This document shows positions 27,600-37,106 of a stretch of DNA of 64,000 bases, piece by piece (positions within the stretch are counted from its first letter, which is position 1; each line of letters begins with the position of its first letter). Below the pieces are notes generated by a model. The model searched no databases and was not told the DNA's origin. It was given only the letters and a program-made list of their open reading frames with translations. The DNA comes from Escherichia phage vB_EcoM-Ro121c4YLVW. Location of the stretch: the sequence record NC_052654.1; one strand, written 5' to 3'. Made by a program: the position numbers and the translations under genes.

Positions 27600-27958
27600 T
27601 TCTCTCCTTCTACAGACTTCTGTTTAACATAAAAGTAAGCACCACGAGCAAGATACAAATCATGTTCAATATCGCTCACAGGAAAACCATCTGGATTTTT
27701 AAAACCGTCTTCTACAGCCAAAATGAGAGATCGTAAACTGATAGCTAACAACTCCATTTGATCTTGTAGTTTTCTATTTTCTGCATAAAGGTTTTTGCAT
27801 TTTTGTTCTGCATTTTTCCATTGTTCTAATGCATGATCATAGTTTCGCATAAGGATAGCTTTTTCTTGTTCACGTTTAAAAGTTTCTTCACAAATGAAAC
27901 CCGTGCCTAAACCAGTTTCTTCATCTTTGACAAACACTTCAACAAAATCTTTAGACAT
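27596..27958 (-). CDS. hypothetical coiled-coil protein
   Basis: Start at ATG after AGGAGATAA; about 120 aa. Confidence 0.45.
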   Translation of the reverse strand: MSKDFVEVFVKDEETGLGTGFICEETFKREQEKAILMRNYDHALEQWKNAEQKCKNLYAENRKLQDQMELLAISLRSLILAVEDGFKNPDGFPVSDIEHDLYLARGAYFYVKQKSVEGEK

Positions 27959-27959
27959 A

Positions 27960-28223
27960 TTATCTCCTATTTGCTTTTGGATACTCCCAACCCTCTGGGA
28001 GATCTTCTTTACACATCCACTCAAAAGGCCAGCGACAATAACTGTGCCACTTTCCATCGAGATACAAGCAATCTTCATCCACTGGTCCACAAGGGTTGAT
28101 AACTACAACACACCCTTTTGCTCGCCAATATTGAACTATTTCAGGGTAAAAACAAGAAACGTCGGTCCACTCCCAAATACGTTCATCATTCAAACGGTAT
28201 GCTGCTGGCAATGTCTCTTTCAT
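27960..28223 (-). CDS. hypothetical Trp/Cys-rich protein
   Basis: ORF track 87 aa. Confidence 0.4.
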   Translation of the reverse strand: MKETLPAAYRLNDERIWEWTDVSCFYPEIVQYWRAKGCVVVINPCGPVDEDCLYLDGKWHSYCRWPFEWMCKEDLPEGWEYPKANRR

Positions 28224-28227
28224 ATTA

Positions 28228-28674
28228 TTAAACCTCTGTCAAAGAGAAACGCCAATCCTTACTACTACCTACACCAAGGAAGATATAGTCTCCGGTACTA
28301 ACGGAATATCTCCAAGCGGGAATCCAATCAGGAATCTCTGGCTTATGGCTGTAGCCATAACGCTCGCCACTCGAATCTGTTGCAATATAATTAACAAATT
28401 CAGGAACCTCTAAAGTTTCACCTTGATACTCTACACGCTTGAAGCCATCTTCCACTTCTTTCTCACCTTCTACCAGAAGGGCAAGAAATTTGATGTGAGG
28501 GCAAGTGAAATCTTGTCCTGGATAACGTGAACGGATATCTGTTAACAATGCGACTACAGCATCCGATAACTCTTTATAATCCTCATATCTTACAAATGTG
28601 CCTTCTGTCGGATCATCAGGACACAAACGCCAAACATCGTTGCAGTTTACAGCGTAATGTCTCATTTTAGTCAT
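28228..28674 (-). CDS. hypothetical protein
   Basis: ORF track 148 aa. Confidence 0.5.
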   Translation of the reverse strand: MTKMRHYAVNCNDVWRLCPDDPTEGTFVRYEDYKELSDAVVALLTDIRSRYPGQDFTCPHIKFLALLVEGEKEVEDGFKRVEYQGETLEVPEFVNYIATDSSGERYGYSHKPEIPDWIPAWRYSVSTGDYIFLGVGSSKDWRFSLTEV

Positions 28675-28683
28675 AAATCCCCC

Positions 28684-29082
28684 TTATCGTTGCGTACAAT
28701 CAGCTTCTAGAGTAAGAACATTCGTTATTGTTTTATCATTTTTTAGAAATGCAAACCAAGCCAAAGTGTCTCGATACTCTGTGCGCATCATTACTACTTC
28801 AGTAGTGCCAATAAATTGTTGTGAACCGTACATAGCACTACCATCTTTACTTTTTTCTCCTGTGTATTGCAGAATGCCACTCATCAAAGCACCACCTGAA
28901 TTTTTAAGGATAAAGGAGTTATCTTTATTAATGACAACAGAAGCCATTTTCTTAGGACCAGAAATCACTTCACCTTTCAGATTTTTAACAACCACATCTG
29001 ACACACACTCATAAACTTGAGACGCATTTGCTGTTCCAAGTGATGCAACGAGTAGCAATAAACCTACAATGATCTTTTTCAT
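28684..29082 (-). CDS. secreted/periplasmic protein (signal peptide)
   Basis: MKKIIVGLLLLVASLGTANA-SQ signal-peptide-like N-terminus. Confidence 0.5.
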   Translation of the reverse strand: MKKIIVGLLLLVASLGTANASQVYECVSDVVVKNLKGEVISGPKKMASVVINKDNSFILKNSGGALMSGILQYTGEKSKDGSAMYGSQQFIGTTEVVMMRTEYRDTLAWFAFLKNDKTITNVLTLEADCTQR

Positions 29083-29177
29083 ATAAACTCTCCTCTTTAT
29101 TTACCCGACGCGCCCCTGTTGGGCGGAAAGGGTTGTACGCAAAATTTTTAGCTCCAATCGTCGGGTGTCCCGACTCC

Positions 29178-29384
29178 TTACGCTTTTAATGTTTTAACAG
29201 AATGACAAGCTTTGCAAACCATAACCGGAACAAGTTCATCTCCATTATCCGCATAAATCACTGTTTTCTTCATTCTGCCACCGCATGAACAATACTCTGT
29301 ATGATCCGCAGGAATATTAAATATTCCGTAATCACTTTCATACTGTTTCTTACATATGGACACTGCTTTCGTAAAACAAGACAT
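29178..29384 (-). CDS. small zinc-ribbon protein
   Basis: CSCGG...CKAC pairs; 68 aa. Confidence 0.4.
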   Translation of the reverse strand: MSCFTKAVSICKKQYESDYGIFNIPADHTEYCSCGGRMKKTVIYADNGDELVPVMVCKACHSVKTLKA

Positions 29385-29386
29385 GC

Positions 29387-29608
29387 CTACTCCGCAAGAA
29401 CCTTCACTTCGTCAGAGAAGAATACGTAATCACAACCTTCCCAAACATCTTCTTCAAACCACTCCCATCCCTCGACTTTGGACATTTCTTCTATCGTAAC
29501 AAAGAATGTTGTCATATCCTCACTAACAAGATGTGCTTCAACAACAAAAGGAATCTGAACATTCTCAAAACCAACATAACCCAATACATCACAAACTCTA
29601 ATTTTCAT
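29387..29608 (-). CDS. hypothetical protein (DYVFF pair, member 1)
   Basis: 73 aa; shares W..E.....EG.DYVFF motif with 32900-33130. Confidence 0.4.
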   Translation of the reverse strand: MKIRVCDVLGYVGFENVQIPFVVEAHLVSEDMTTFFVTIEEMSKVEGWEWFEEDVWEGCDYVFFSDEVKVLAE

Positions 29609-29609
29609 A

Positions 29610-29810
29610 TTATGCTCCTTTGTAGATTATGTTGGTGCGTTCACACTCTGCCACCAGCAAGCGATTAGCAATGTTGTCCATAGGAACATCAATCTCTACG
29701 CTCCAAGCGTTGATATACACTTCTTCAATCTTTGCTCCAAGCATTTGTGCGATCAGAGCAACAGCGCCAGCATACTCAAGTTTAATCTCAATTACCATTT
29801 TGCACCTCAA
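29610..29810 (-). CDS. hypothetical protein
   Basis: ORF track 66 aa. Confidence 0.4.
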   Translation of the reverse strand: MRCKMVIEIKLEYAGAVALIAQMLGAKIEEVYINAWSVEIDVPMDNIANRLLVAECERTNIIYKGA

Positions 29811-29812
29811 GG

Positions 29813-30013
29813 TTATTTGTCTTGCTTGTATCTTACAAGGCGATCACACTCCAGGTCAAGAAATTTCTCCGCATTTCGTTCATGTTTGAGCACAATACAT
29901 TGTTCTTTCCAGTCTGTAGCTCTTTGCTGCGCTGCTCCTGGGTCAAAATCCCAAAGCCATGCCGCGAAAAGAACAACCATAACAATTACCAAGAAACTAA
30001 ACACTATTGGCAT
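29813..30013 (-). CDS. small membrane protein
   Basis: Start at ATG after CAGGAGGA; one TM helix. Confidence 0.4.
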   Translation of the reverse strand: MPIVFSFLVIVMVVLFAAWLWDFDPGAAQQRATDWKEQCIVLKHERNAEKFLDLECDRLVRYKQDK

Positions 30014-30318
30014 TGCACATCCTCCTGTGTAGCATGATCTTTTACCCATTTTATACGGGCAGCATTCAAATGCAATAGCCCGTTTCTTTGTGCAAAATCA
30101 TATTTAAACCAGTCTCCGTCATCAAACGGGTATTCTTCAGACAATCCTGCTTCTCGAAATTGCATTTGCATTTCATAATTTAGGTCATCATAACCACCAG
30201 ACCAAAGATAGAGGCAACTGCACAAACCTTTATCGTGCCAGAAAGGATTATTATCTGGAGCACCAGCTAACAGCCAATTATGATAGGCTTGATAAAATTC
30301 TTTAAGTTCTTCTGACAT
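30004..30318 (-). CDS. paralog-family protein C
   Basis: EFYQAYHNWL...GLCSCL...YPFD...RIKWVKDH. Confidence 0.5.
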   Translation of the reverse strand: MSEELKEFYQAYHNWLLAGAPDNNPFWHDKGLCSCLYLWSGGYDDLNYEMQMQFREAGLSEEYPFDDGDWFKYDFAQRNGLLHLNAARIKWVKDHATQEDVQCQ

Positions 30319-30516
30319 TTAACCCCCTGTGTACAGTGTTGAAAGATACACAGCAAAAGCATTCTCGGCTGTTTTAACCTCCTCTTCAAGATCTTCACGC
30401 TCTGCTGGCGTTAGCGCATTTCGCACAGCAGCGTCTGCTTCTCGGATTTTTCTTACTAAACGTGAAACATCTTTCAGTTGTTGAAAAGTAGCCATAATCT
30501 TCCTCCTTTTAGTCAA
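30319..30516 (-). CDS. hypothetical protein
   Basis: ORF track 65 aa. Confidence 0.4.
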   Translation of the reverse strand: MTKRRKIMATFQQLKDVSRLVRKIREADAAVRNALTPAEREDLEEEVKTAENAFAVYLSTLYTGG

Positions 30517-30742
30517 ACCAGTTGTATTCGGAAGGGTAACGAGCGTAGTTTGGCTTGTACCCCAGTCTTTTCATCTTAACAGACATACGAGTGAAGCCAA
30601 AGGTTGTTTTGCCCTTAGACATAAACTTCTTCCCACTCTTCATTGGCTTCTTAGGGTTTTTGATCGTCTGGTGTAACGCTCGCGCAAGCCACAAAGTGTA
30701 TGCGCTCGGCACTTGATTAACTTTCATCTTGTTACCTTTCAT
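30509..30742 (-). CDS. small basic protein (possible nucleic-acid binding)
   Basis: Start at ATG after TGAGGAGG; Lys/Arg-rich, 77 aa. Confidence 0.4.
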   Translation of the reverse strand: MKGNKMKVNQVPSAYTLWLARALHQTIKNPKKPMKSGKKFMSKGKTTFGFTRMSVKMKRLGYKPNYARYPSEYNWFD

Positions 30743-30752
30743 CGAAACCTCC

Positions 30753-30980
30753 TCAGTGAACTTCGTGCCAAGTGCCAAACTCTTCTGCTGATACTTTAGG
30801 AACGGCATGAGTTTCTCGGTATTTGTTTAAAGCTTTCTCAATGGCTGTAGCAAAAACATCTTGTGATTTATAAGGCATATAATAAGAGCGTCCCATGTAT
30901 GCCACTGCATCACGTAATTCTTCTGCTTGCTCTTGTGTAACTGTCAATGTGATAGTAACCATTATTTCACCTCCGACCAA
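30753..30980 (-). CDS. hypothetical protein
   Basis: ORF track 75 aa. Confidence 0.4.
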   Translation of the reverse strand: MVGGEIMVTITLTVTQEQAEELRDAVAYMGRSYYMPYKSQDVFATAIEKALNKYRETHAVPKVSAEEFGTWHEVH

Positions 30981-31261
30981 TCAATAGTGATCCACTCGTA
31001 TGCCCCGTTCAGATCCATTTCTTTATAAACAATAAGCCCACGCTCACGAAGAATTGCTACTGCTTCATCCATCCACTTCACCTGATTGTAGATCTCCCCT
31101 GGGTGGGTAGGGGAATTATCCAGACCAAAATCAGATGGCGTGAAATTTCTTGAAGAGTTTCCCGCTCGTGCTTCAGCAAAACATGTCTCGATCACTTCTT
31201 CAACAGGGAAGTTGAAGGAAGCTTCTTTTGCAATACGGCGTAACTGTTCGGTCAGATTCAT
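30962..31261 (-). CDS. hypothetical protein
   Basis: ORF track 99 aa. Confidence 0.45.
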   Translation of the reverse strand: MNLTEQLRRIAKEASFNFPVEEVIETCFAEARAGNSSRNFTPSDFGLDNSPTHPGEIYNQVKWMDEAVAILRERGLIVYKEMDLNGAYEWITIDWSEVK

Positions 31262-31288
31262 TTTATTCTCCTTTCGTTGTGCGAAACA

Positions 31289-31726
31289 TTACAGCAGATC
31301 TAATGCTTTCAACTCTTCTTTCAATGATTCAGGCAGGTCACATTCAATGTCAATCAGAGATAACAAGTGACCAACAATGCCTTCCAGATGTTGATACTCA
31401 CTATAACTTATAAATTCAGAATTGTAAACAGAAACATCCTTAGTTTCTTTCACAACTTCCCCCGCAGACACGCACATAAAAAAGTTACGCTCTCCGCGAG
31501 CTAACAATATCTCCCAACTTCTGAACGGATACTGTCCAGCTTCAATAATATCTCCGCTGTCCAATAAGGTCAATGAGCAAACAGACCCTGATTCACTAAC
31601 ATCTTCGACGCGGAAACAAGACCCTTCAATCAAAGCTGCCATTTTGAAATTTTCATCAGAGATCATAGAGAAAGCTTCACATGCAGCTTTGCTTTTGAAA
31701 CAGTAAACAGCATTAATTTTAAACAT
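31289..31726 (-). CDS. hypothetical protein
   Basis: ORF track 145 aa. Confidence 0.5.
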   Translation of the reverse strand: MFKINAVYCFKSKAACEAFSMISDENFKMAALIEGSCFRVEDVSESGSVCSLTLLDSGDIIEAGQYPFRSWEILLARGERNFFMCVSAGEVVKETKDVSVYNSEFISYSEYQHLEGIVGHLLSLIDIECDLPESLKEELKALDLL

Positions 31727-31738
31727 AACATTCTCCTT

Positions 31739-32197
31739 TTAAACAAAAGATACGCCGATGGTAGCAACAACCAAACGTTTATAAACTTCAACCTCTTCTG
31801 TAGGATTAGCCATTTTATGCTCCGCTGCTTCTTTCAAAGCTTCTTCATAATTTTGAGATCCAGAAATACAGGTGTCACCAGTCATTACAACATACCACTC
31901 TTCTTTTGTTGTATCAACAGGTTCTTCTTGGGGTTTTCCACGACCACCACGAACACCACCGTCAACAAAATAATCTATATGAGCAGAATTGATTATGTAA
32001 CGATCCCCATCACCAGCAGTGATAATACCATCTCTCATACCTATTACAACCATTGACAAGATATTACCATTTGCATCAGTGCTCAACACCTCGAAAAAAT
32101 TCTCTCCAATGATAGCCGCAATACTGTTATCAAAGGTAGAATATAGTCGCATATAATCCTCATCCTGGAAACGGTAGACATGACCTTCTTTAAACAT
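31739..32197 (-). CDS. hypothetical protein
   Basis: ORF track 152 aa. Confidence 0.5.
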   Translation of the reverse strand: MFKEGHVYRFQDEDYMRLYSTFDNSIAAIIGENFFEVLSTDANGNILSMVVIGMRDGIITAGDGDRYIINSAHIDYFVDGGVRGGRGKPQEEPVDTTKEEWYVVMTGDTCISGSQNYEEALKEAAEHKMANPTEEVEVYKRLVVATIGVSFV

Positions 32198-32651
32198 TGC
32201 TCTCTCCTCCTAGTTCATCATACCATTTCAAAGCGTCTTTTGGAAGCATACCAAAATCTTCTTTTAGCTCTTTTTCAATCTCTTCTTGCATTTCCATCAG
32301 CATTTTCAATTGACGGACTTTTTTGTGCATAGCCACATTCCTTTCATTAAGGTTTGTCACTACATTATTTGCACGACTCGGTGGAAACGACAAAGGTTTC
32401 ACGGGAAGATAATCTTCGATATTATCTAGTGCGTTACGAAAATTATGATCCAAGAAACGCACATCTACACGATTGTAATCGGCAGCTACAACAGTGAACA
32501 CTTTAAACGGCACATTGGATAAAGTATGTTGCACACAGACAGTACCCATATTACCTTCAATTTTACTGGTAACTTCCAGCACACCTGTATGAGCACTAAC
32601 ATAATCGTGAACACATTGCACATAGGCTGCCAGTATAGTGAATTGTCTCAT
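32190..32651 (-). CDS. hypothetical protein
   Basis: ORF track 153 aa. Confidence 0.5.
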   Translation of the reverse strand: MRQFTILAAYVQCVHDYVSAHTGVLEVTSKIEGNMGTVCVQHTLSNVPFKVFTVVAADYNRVDVRFLDHNFRNALDNIEDYLPVKPLSFPPSRANNVVTNLNERNVAMHKKVRQLKMLMEMQEEIEKELKEDFGMLPKDALKWYDELGGESNV

Positions 32652-32896
32652 TTTCTACCTCCCCATAATGCTAACATTTTATTGAAAATGGAAACGCGTC
32701 GTGCGCGAGATGCCATATCATAATTCATTCTTTCCGTCTCTGCAAGAAATTGATCTACGGTAATCAACGCTTTTGTCTTCTCTTTCAGAGTTTGCATATT
32801 CATCCATTCACATTCAGAGTACCAATTATCGAAATACAAACTATCGAGAAGATCCATTGCTGCTTCATTCTGTTGTGGTGTGATCATTGCACACAA
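32648..32896 (-). CDS. hypothetical protein
   Basis: ORF track 82 aa. Confidence 0.4.
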   Translation of the reverse strand: MCAMITPQQNEAAMDLLDSLYFDNWYSECEWMNMQTLKEKTKALITVDQFLAETERMNYDMASRARRVSIFNKMLALWGGRK

Positions 32897-32899
32897 CCC

Positions 32900-33130
32900 T
32901 TAATAGACAATTTCATATTCGTGAGGAAAGAAAACATAATCTTCCCCTTCTCGTGCATCTATCTCGTCCCAAAACCATTCCTGCACTTCCATCATCTTCG
33001 AGAATCGCACATGAGCAAGCCCACTGTATTCCACCGTAGCTTCCAACACAAGTGGGAATTTTGCACGGGTAAGTCCTTTATAACCACCATCATTCTCAAT
33101 ACGAATTTTCATGCGTTTCATGTTATGCAT
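32900..33130 (-). CDS. hypothetical protein (DYVFF pair, member 2)
   Basis: 76 aa; W.WDEIDAREGEDYVFF. Confidence 0.4.
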   Translation of the reverse strand: MHNMKRMKIRIENDGGYKGLTRAKFPLVLEATVEYSGLAHVRFSKMMEVQEWFWDEIDAREGEDYVFFPHEYEIVY

Positions 33131-33332
33131 CCTTCAGACCCTTAATAAAGTAACGACCAACCGGATTCCCTCGGAAGTATTCGTTAATGAAATCGATAAC
33201 ACACGTTTCACTGCCTGTCACAACGGACGGCTTAAAGTTTTGGAATTCTACAGCTACACGGCTGGCTTTAGCCAGTGCTTGCACACGTGTAGGATCAGTC
33301 AAGAACATTGTGACAGTTTTCAAATTCTTCAT
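33123..33332 (-). CDS. hypothetical protein
   Basis: ORF track 69 aa. Confidence 0.4.
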   Translation of the reverse strand: MKNLKTVTMFLTDPTRVQALAKASRVAVEFQNFKPSVVTGSETCVIDFINEYFRGNPVGRYFIKGLKDA

Positions 33333-33381
33333 TTCATCTCCTCATTGGCTATCTGCTATGTCATCCATTATACAAACATCT

Positions 33382-33750
33382 TTATTCAATGCAAGCATTA
33401 TTTGCATCTTCAATGCGATCTTTCACCCATTGCACACGAAACTTGTTGGTATGACACGCTAAAGCTATACACTCTGAAAGGTAATCCATGCAATCTGCAT
33501 TGAACGGAAGATTGTAGTCCAGCCCTGCACATGTAAATTGTTTCCTCATTTCATATTTCAAACGGTCTAACAAATGATCACGCCATCTTCTATCTTCTTC
33601 TCTAGTTGTCTCACCAACAAAATCATCTACATAGTCTACCAGACAACCACATAAGCCACTCGTTGTGCGATTCATTGCAGGATAGTTGGCAATCCATGCT
33701 TTATAGAAGCGAAGCAATGTTGCACTACTCAACGGAATACTATTTGTCAT
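33382..33750 (-). CDS. paralog-family protein B
   Basis: RFYKAWI...GLCGCL...LPFN...RVQWVKDRI; start after AAGGAGAGAA. Confidence 0.5.
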   Translation of the reverse strand: MTNSIPLSSATLLRFYKAWIANYPAMNRTTSGLCGCLVDYVDDFVGETTREEDRRWRDHLLDRLKYEMRKQFTCAGLDYNLPFNADCMDYLSECIALACHTNKFRVQWVKDRIEDANNACIE

Positions 33751-34084
33751 TTTTCTCTCCTTCATAATCTTGAATTCTATCTAGCACCCATTGTATACGA
33801 TGTTTGTTTTTATGGCAAATATGTTTTTTATGTTCGAAGGTGTATTCCTCATAACCACCTTCATTAAACGGGAAATTGTAATCCAATCCTGCACCAATAA
33901 ACTGTGATTTCATCTCCTGTTGTAGACGAGGTAACAGTTCATCAGGATATGTTCCCTCTACATACTTAATCAAACATATGCACAAACCACTCGTTGTGTG
34001 ACCTTCTACCTCACCAGCAAGCCAAGCTTTGTAAAACTTCATTAGACGTAAACTGCTCAACGGAACATTTTTACTCTTTTGCAT
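33740..34084 (-). CDS. paralog-family protein A
   Basis: KFYKAWL...GLCICL...FPFN...RIQWVLDRI. Confidence 0.5.
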   Translation of the reverse strand: MQKSKNVPLSSLRLMKFYKAWLAGEVEGHTTSGLCICLIKYVEGTYPDELLPRLQQEMKSQFIGAGLDYNFPFNEGGYEEYTFEHKKHICHKNKHRIQWVLDRIQDYEGEKNDK

Positions 34085-34089
34085 GACAA

Positions 34090-35640
34090 TCTCCTCTCAT
34101 CGTTAGCCATCTTTCATGGCAATCATCAATCACCAACATCATACGATCAATCTTAGGGAATTACAATCGAATTATCATAGGGGATTCCTATCAATTATCC
34201 CATATATACCGATTATTTTTGACACCCCACTCTTGTATAAAAAGTAACCCAAAATATCTACGGGGAGAGATTATTTCGGGACACCCTGTTTCATAGCAAT
34301 CATGGCAAGAATATCTAATAGAATCAATATGATATGGCAAAAATCATGGCGCATACGTAAGAAGTGCTTAACGCGAATTTTCGGGCCGTCAGGTCCACGC
34401 AGCGACAATTCCCAAATATCATGCGAATGAGAATAATTATCATTCGTATTCAATGACTTATGCAAGGCTCATGCCAACATAGCGACAAGGTGGGCCACTT
34501 GATTATAAATCACACAAACACTTATTTATCAATGGTTTGGCAACTTCATCATATGACGGAACAATGTCAACTGATCCCGCTCATGACAAGCAGACTATTA
34601 TTTATATGAGAATGATTATTATTTAAACGTTTATTAACATATAAACTAAAATAAATCAAGAATTTTCTGATTTTATTTACGTTTAAGAGAAGGTGCTCAA
34701 CATATCGCTACGCGATAGTATTCGCCCCCAAAAGATTAGCCTTTATTTTCTTGTATGTTTATACACTGCGTGTACATCTATGTGCACACTATGCAACCTG
34801 TCGCTATTCGCTCATGTTGCTACGTGCAATTATTCATCTTGCTAATGATTTCATATTGTAACTATTACAATGACTATTGTTATTGCGCTAATGTTATGAT
34901 CTTGGTAATTACATATAATGCTAATAATAAGCCAGCGCAATAAGTGTAAGCGTCATTACGCTTGCAATTATTGCAAGCTACGCAGTAACAAGAAATAACC
35001 GTCACCGATGGTTATGATTGTTGGGGTGTAGTTGGCTTATTATTAGCTCGCTATGTGTCCGGCATAGCGTGCTAATGATGACTCTGTGAATGATTCGTTT
35101 TGTAATGATTTCATTCAGGCACTATTTTGCTAATAGTTATTATTTTAATGGTTTCGTTTGTTATTGTTCGTTAGTTGGTTGTTTTGTCGTGTTATCGTTA
35201 TCTTGCTTAGTATTCATCATGGTTTGATTGTTTGTCATTATCAATCATCTTGCTATTATTCCTTTGATTATGATTAGTTTGCTTATTGTTTTAGGTTGTT
35301 GGTTGGTTAGTTGTTGCGAACTATTATCAACATTATAGTTATGCACTTATATTGCATAGATAAACATGGATAGATGATAATGGTTATCATTGCACCAGAA
35401 AGGAGGTAAAAGGGTGTTTTTGATGGTTTGTTGTTGGTTGTTGATCGATTTTAACCGCTTTAAATGGCTCTCTAACAGCCTGTTACCCTGGGAGGTATGG
35501 TTATTCATTTAATGGTTGATTAGCTTGATACCACTATTTATTCAGTTTTGTTCTGTGTCGGTTTTCCATAGGCGGAATCTATCAACATTGTTCGGGCAAA
35601 AAGAAAGGGCGCTTGGTGCGCCCCTTGTTTTGTTGTCGAT
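34090..35640. other. about 1.5 kb non-coding region with strand-skewed composition, palindromes and Fur-box-like motifs
   Basis: No ATG ORF with RBS; T/G-rich top strand; palindrome at 34936-34975; motifs at 34421-34441 and 34601-34620. Confidence 0.5.
35606..35630. terminator. bidirectional terminator
   Basis: agggcgcttggtgcgccc hairpin flanked by A-run upstream and T-run downstream. Confidence 0.55.
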
Positions 35641-36059
35641 TATAACGCTTCATAGATTGAGTAGATCCGGTTTGCCAGGTCATTACGAAAGCGGAATTTT
35701 TCATCACGTTTAATCATCAGATCCTTAAAACCGCATTCTTTCAAGGCTTCATTAACTTTATGGCGGCAAACGTTCATATTATCCTGCGCGTCACCAATAA
35801 ACTTATTACTGTGATGCATTGCTTTGATCTCTTCCTCTAATACCAGGGCAACTACACGGACCGGATCAAGCTGATATGCGGTAACATCCATGCGGCATTG
35901 TAAACGGCTTTTAACATCGTTTACAGGATACACTGCAACCTCTTCCCCGTCAACGTTCACGATAACCAATTTACCATCGATTTCGAAGCCTTTGGCGGCG
36001 CTACCGTGACAAAAAGCGTTATCGAAGGAGTAAGCTGGATTATTTGATTTAATGTTCAT
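35640..36059 (-). CDS. hypothetical protein (first gene of small-gene array)
   Basis: ORF track 139 aa. Confidence 0.5.
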   Translation of the reverse strand: MNIKSNNPAYSFDNAFCHGSAAKGFEIDGKLVIVNVDGEEVAVYPVNDVKSRLQCRMDVTAYQLDPVRVVALVLEEEIKAMHHSNKFIGDAQDNMNVCRHKVNEALKECGFKDLMIKRDEKFRFRNDLANRIYSIYEAL

Positions 36060-36198
36060 GATGTTGTCCTTTGTTTCGTTTCGTTGTTTGCTGCCAGTAA
36101 GTTAAATATAATATAACGCCGATCCCCTGTCAATAGGGGATAGCGCATTATTTACATTTCTTTACGTTAAAGGGCGCTTAGTGCGCCCTTGTATAATC

Positions 36199-36567
36199 TT
36201 ACTTTGTGCTGTTGTAAACGTTATCGCGTTCAACCATCAGGGCAAGGCGGATCAGTTGATCAGTTGTATCGCTTAAGCTTTTAGGCCATGTTTTACTGTT
36301 CCAGCTATCAAGATTAGATTGAATATATGTATCAATGGCTTGATCCATGTTGTCAAACAAGTTTTCTTCTAAGCTCTCGGCTGTTTCACACTGGAAAGCA
36401 TTAGCCACACTATTAATCAGTAAGCAAGCCAGTAAATCAGCGTTACGCCAATTTTTACGGATAGTTTCATCTGTCAGATAACCAACGAGATTAACCTTTG
36501 CGCCAGTGGTGGACGTTGCGATCACTTCTTGCGCTTTTTCAACTGCTTTAATTGCTGATTTGCTCAT
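36199..36567 (-). CDS. hypothetical protein
   Basis: Start at ATG after AGAGGAAAATAAA; 122 aa. Confidence 0.45.
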   Translation of the reverse strand: MSKSAIKAVEKAQEVIATSTTGAKVNLVGYLTDETIRKNWRNADLLACLLINSVANAFQCETAESLEENLFDNMDQAIDTYIQSNLDSWNSKTWPKSLSDTTDQLIRLALMVERDNVYNSTK

Positions 36568-36819
36568 TTTATTTTCCTCTTTGTGGGCTTGCTGTATTGC
36601 TTGCCCTACGAGATAAATAATAATATAAGGGTGATCCGGTGTCAATAGGTAGAATTGTAAAGATTCGATAGTTTATCTCTTTGATGTTTTGTTGTTTGAT
36701 AGGTGTTAGCTATCAATATATAGCGGGGTCGTCCGGTGATTATCTTCCCTGTTGCCAGTGCCGCCCGTTCAATAAGCATAACAAAAAACAGGACAAAAAC
36801 AAGCCCTGTTTTGTAAAGA

Positions 36820-37023
36820 TTAGATGATCTGCATATCCTCCACGATAATTTCTAATTTCCAAACAAGATGATCTAAGCTCCCTGATAAAAATGATTCCGA
36901 TACATAACCGCCATCGGATACCGTAGCAAGGATCTCGCCATTTGCTTGCTCTTTGATTTGAACATCCAGGCGGTTAGCCTTTGCTTTATTCAGGACGGCG
37001 ATCAGGCGGTTAGCTGTAGTCAT
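36820..37023 (-). CDS. hypothetical small protein
   Basis: Start at ATG after GGAAGGAAA; upstream part of track ORF is the translated leader hairpin. Confidence 0.45.
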   Translation of the reverse strand: MTTANRLIAVLNKAKANRLDVQIKEQANGEILATVSDGGYVSESFLSGSLDHLVWKLEIIVEDMQII

Positions 37024-37040
37024 GGTGTTTCCTTCCAGTG

Positions 37041-37100
37041 GTGAGCGGCACCATTGCCGCCCTACAAAACACATCTTACACTATCCGGCACATTGTGCAA
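37041..37100 (-). promoter_or_regulatory. array promoter unit (TTGCAC-N16-TAAGAT, TAGGGCGG, hairpin GCGGCAATGGTGCCGC)
   Basis: Read on minus strand upstream of 36820-37023. Confidence 0.55.
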
Positions 37101-37106
37101 GCTATT

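Noticed and set aside
34271-34465. 64-aa ORF inside the left non-coding region
   Set aside because: TTG start without a Shine-Dalgarno sequence, and it reads through a Fur-box-like palindrome; more likely regulatory DNA.
36820-37074. Extended N-termini of track ORFs in the array (for example ...VGRQWCRS... in 36820-37074, 39683-40018, 46532-46807)
   Set aside because: The shared peptide is the translation of the conserved promoter/hairpin DNA; each real start is the internal ATG preceded by an RBS.
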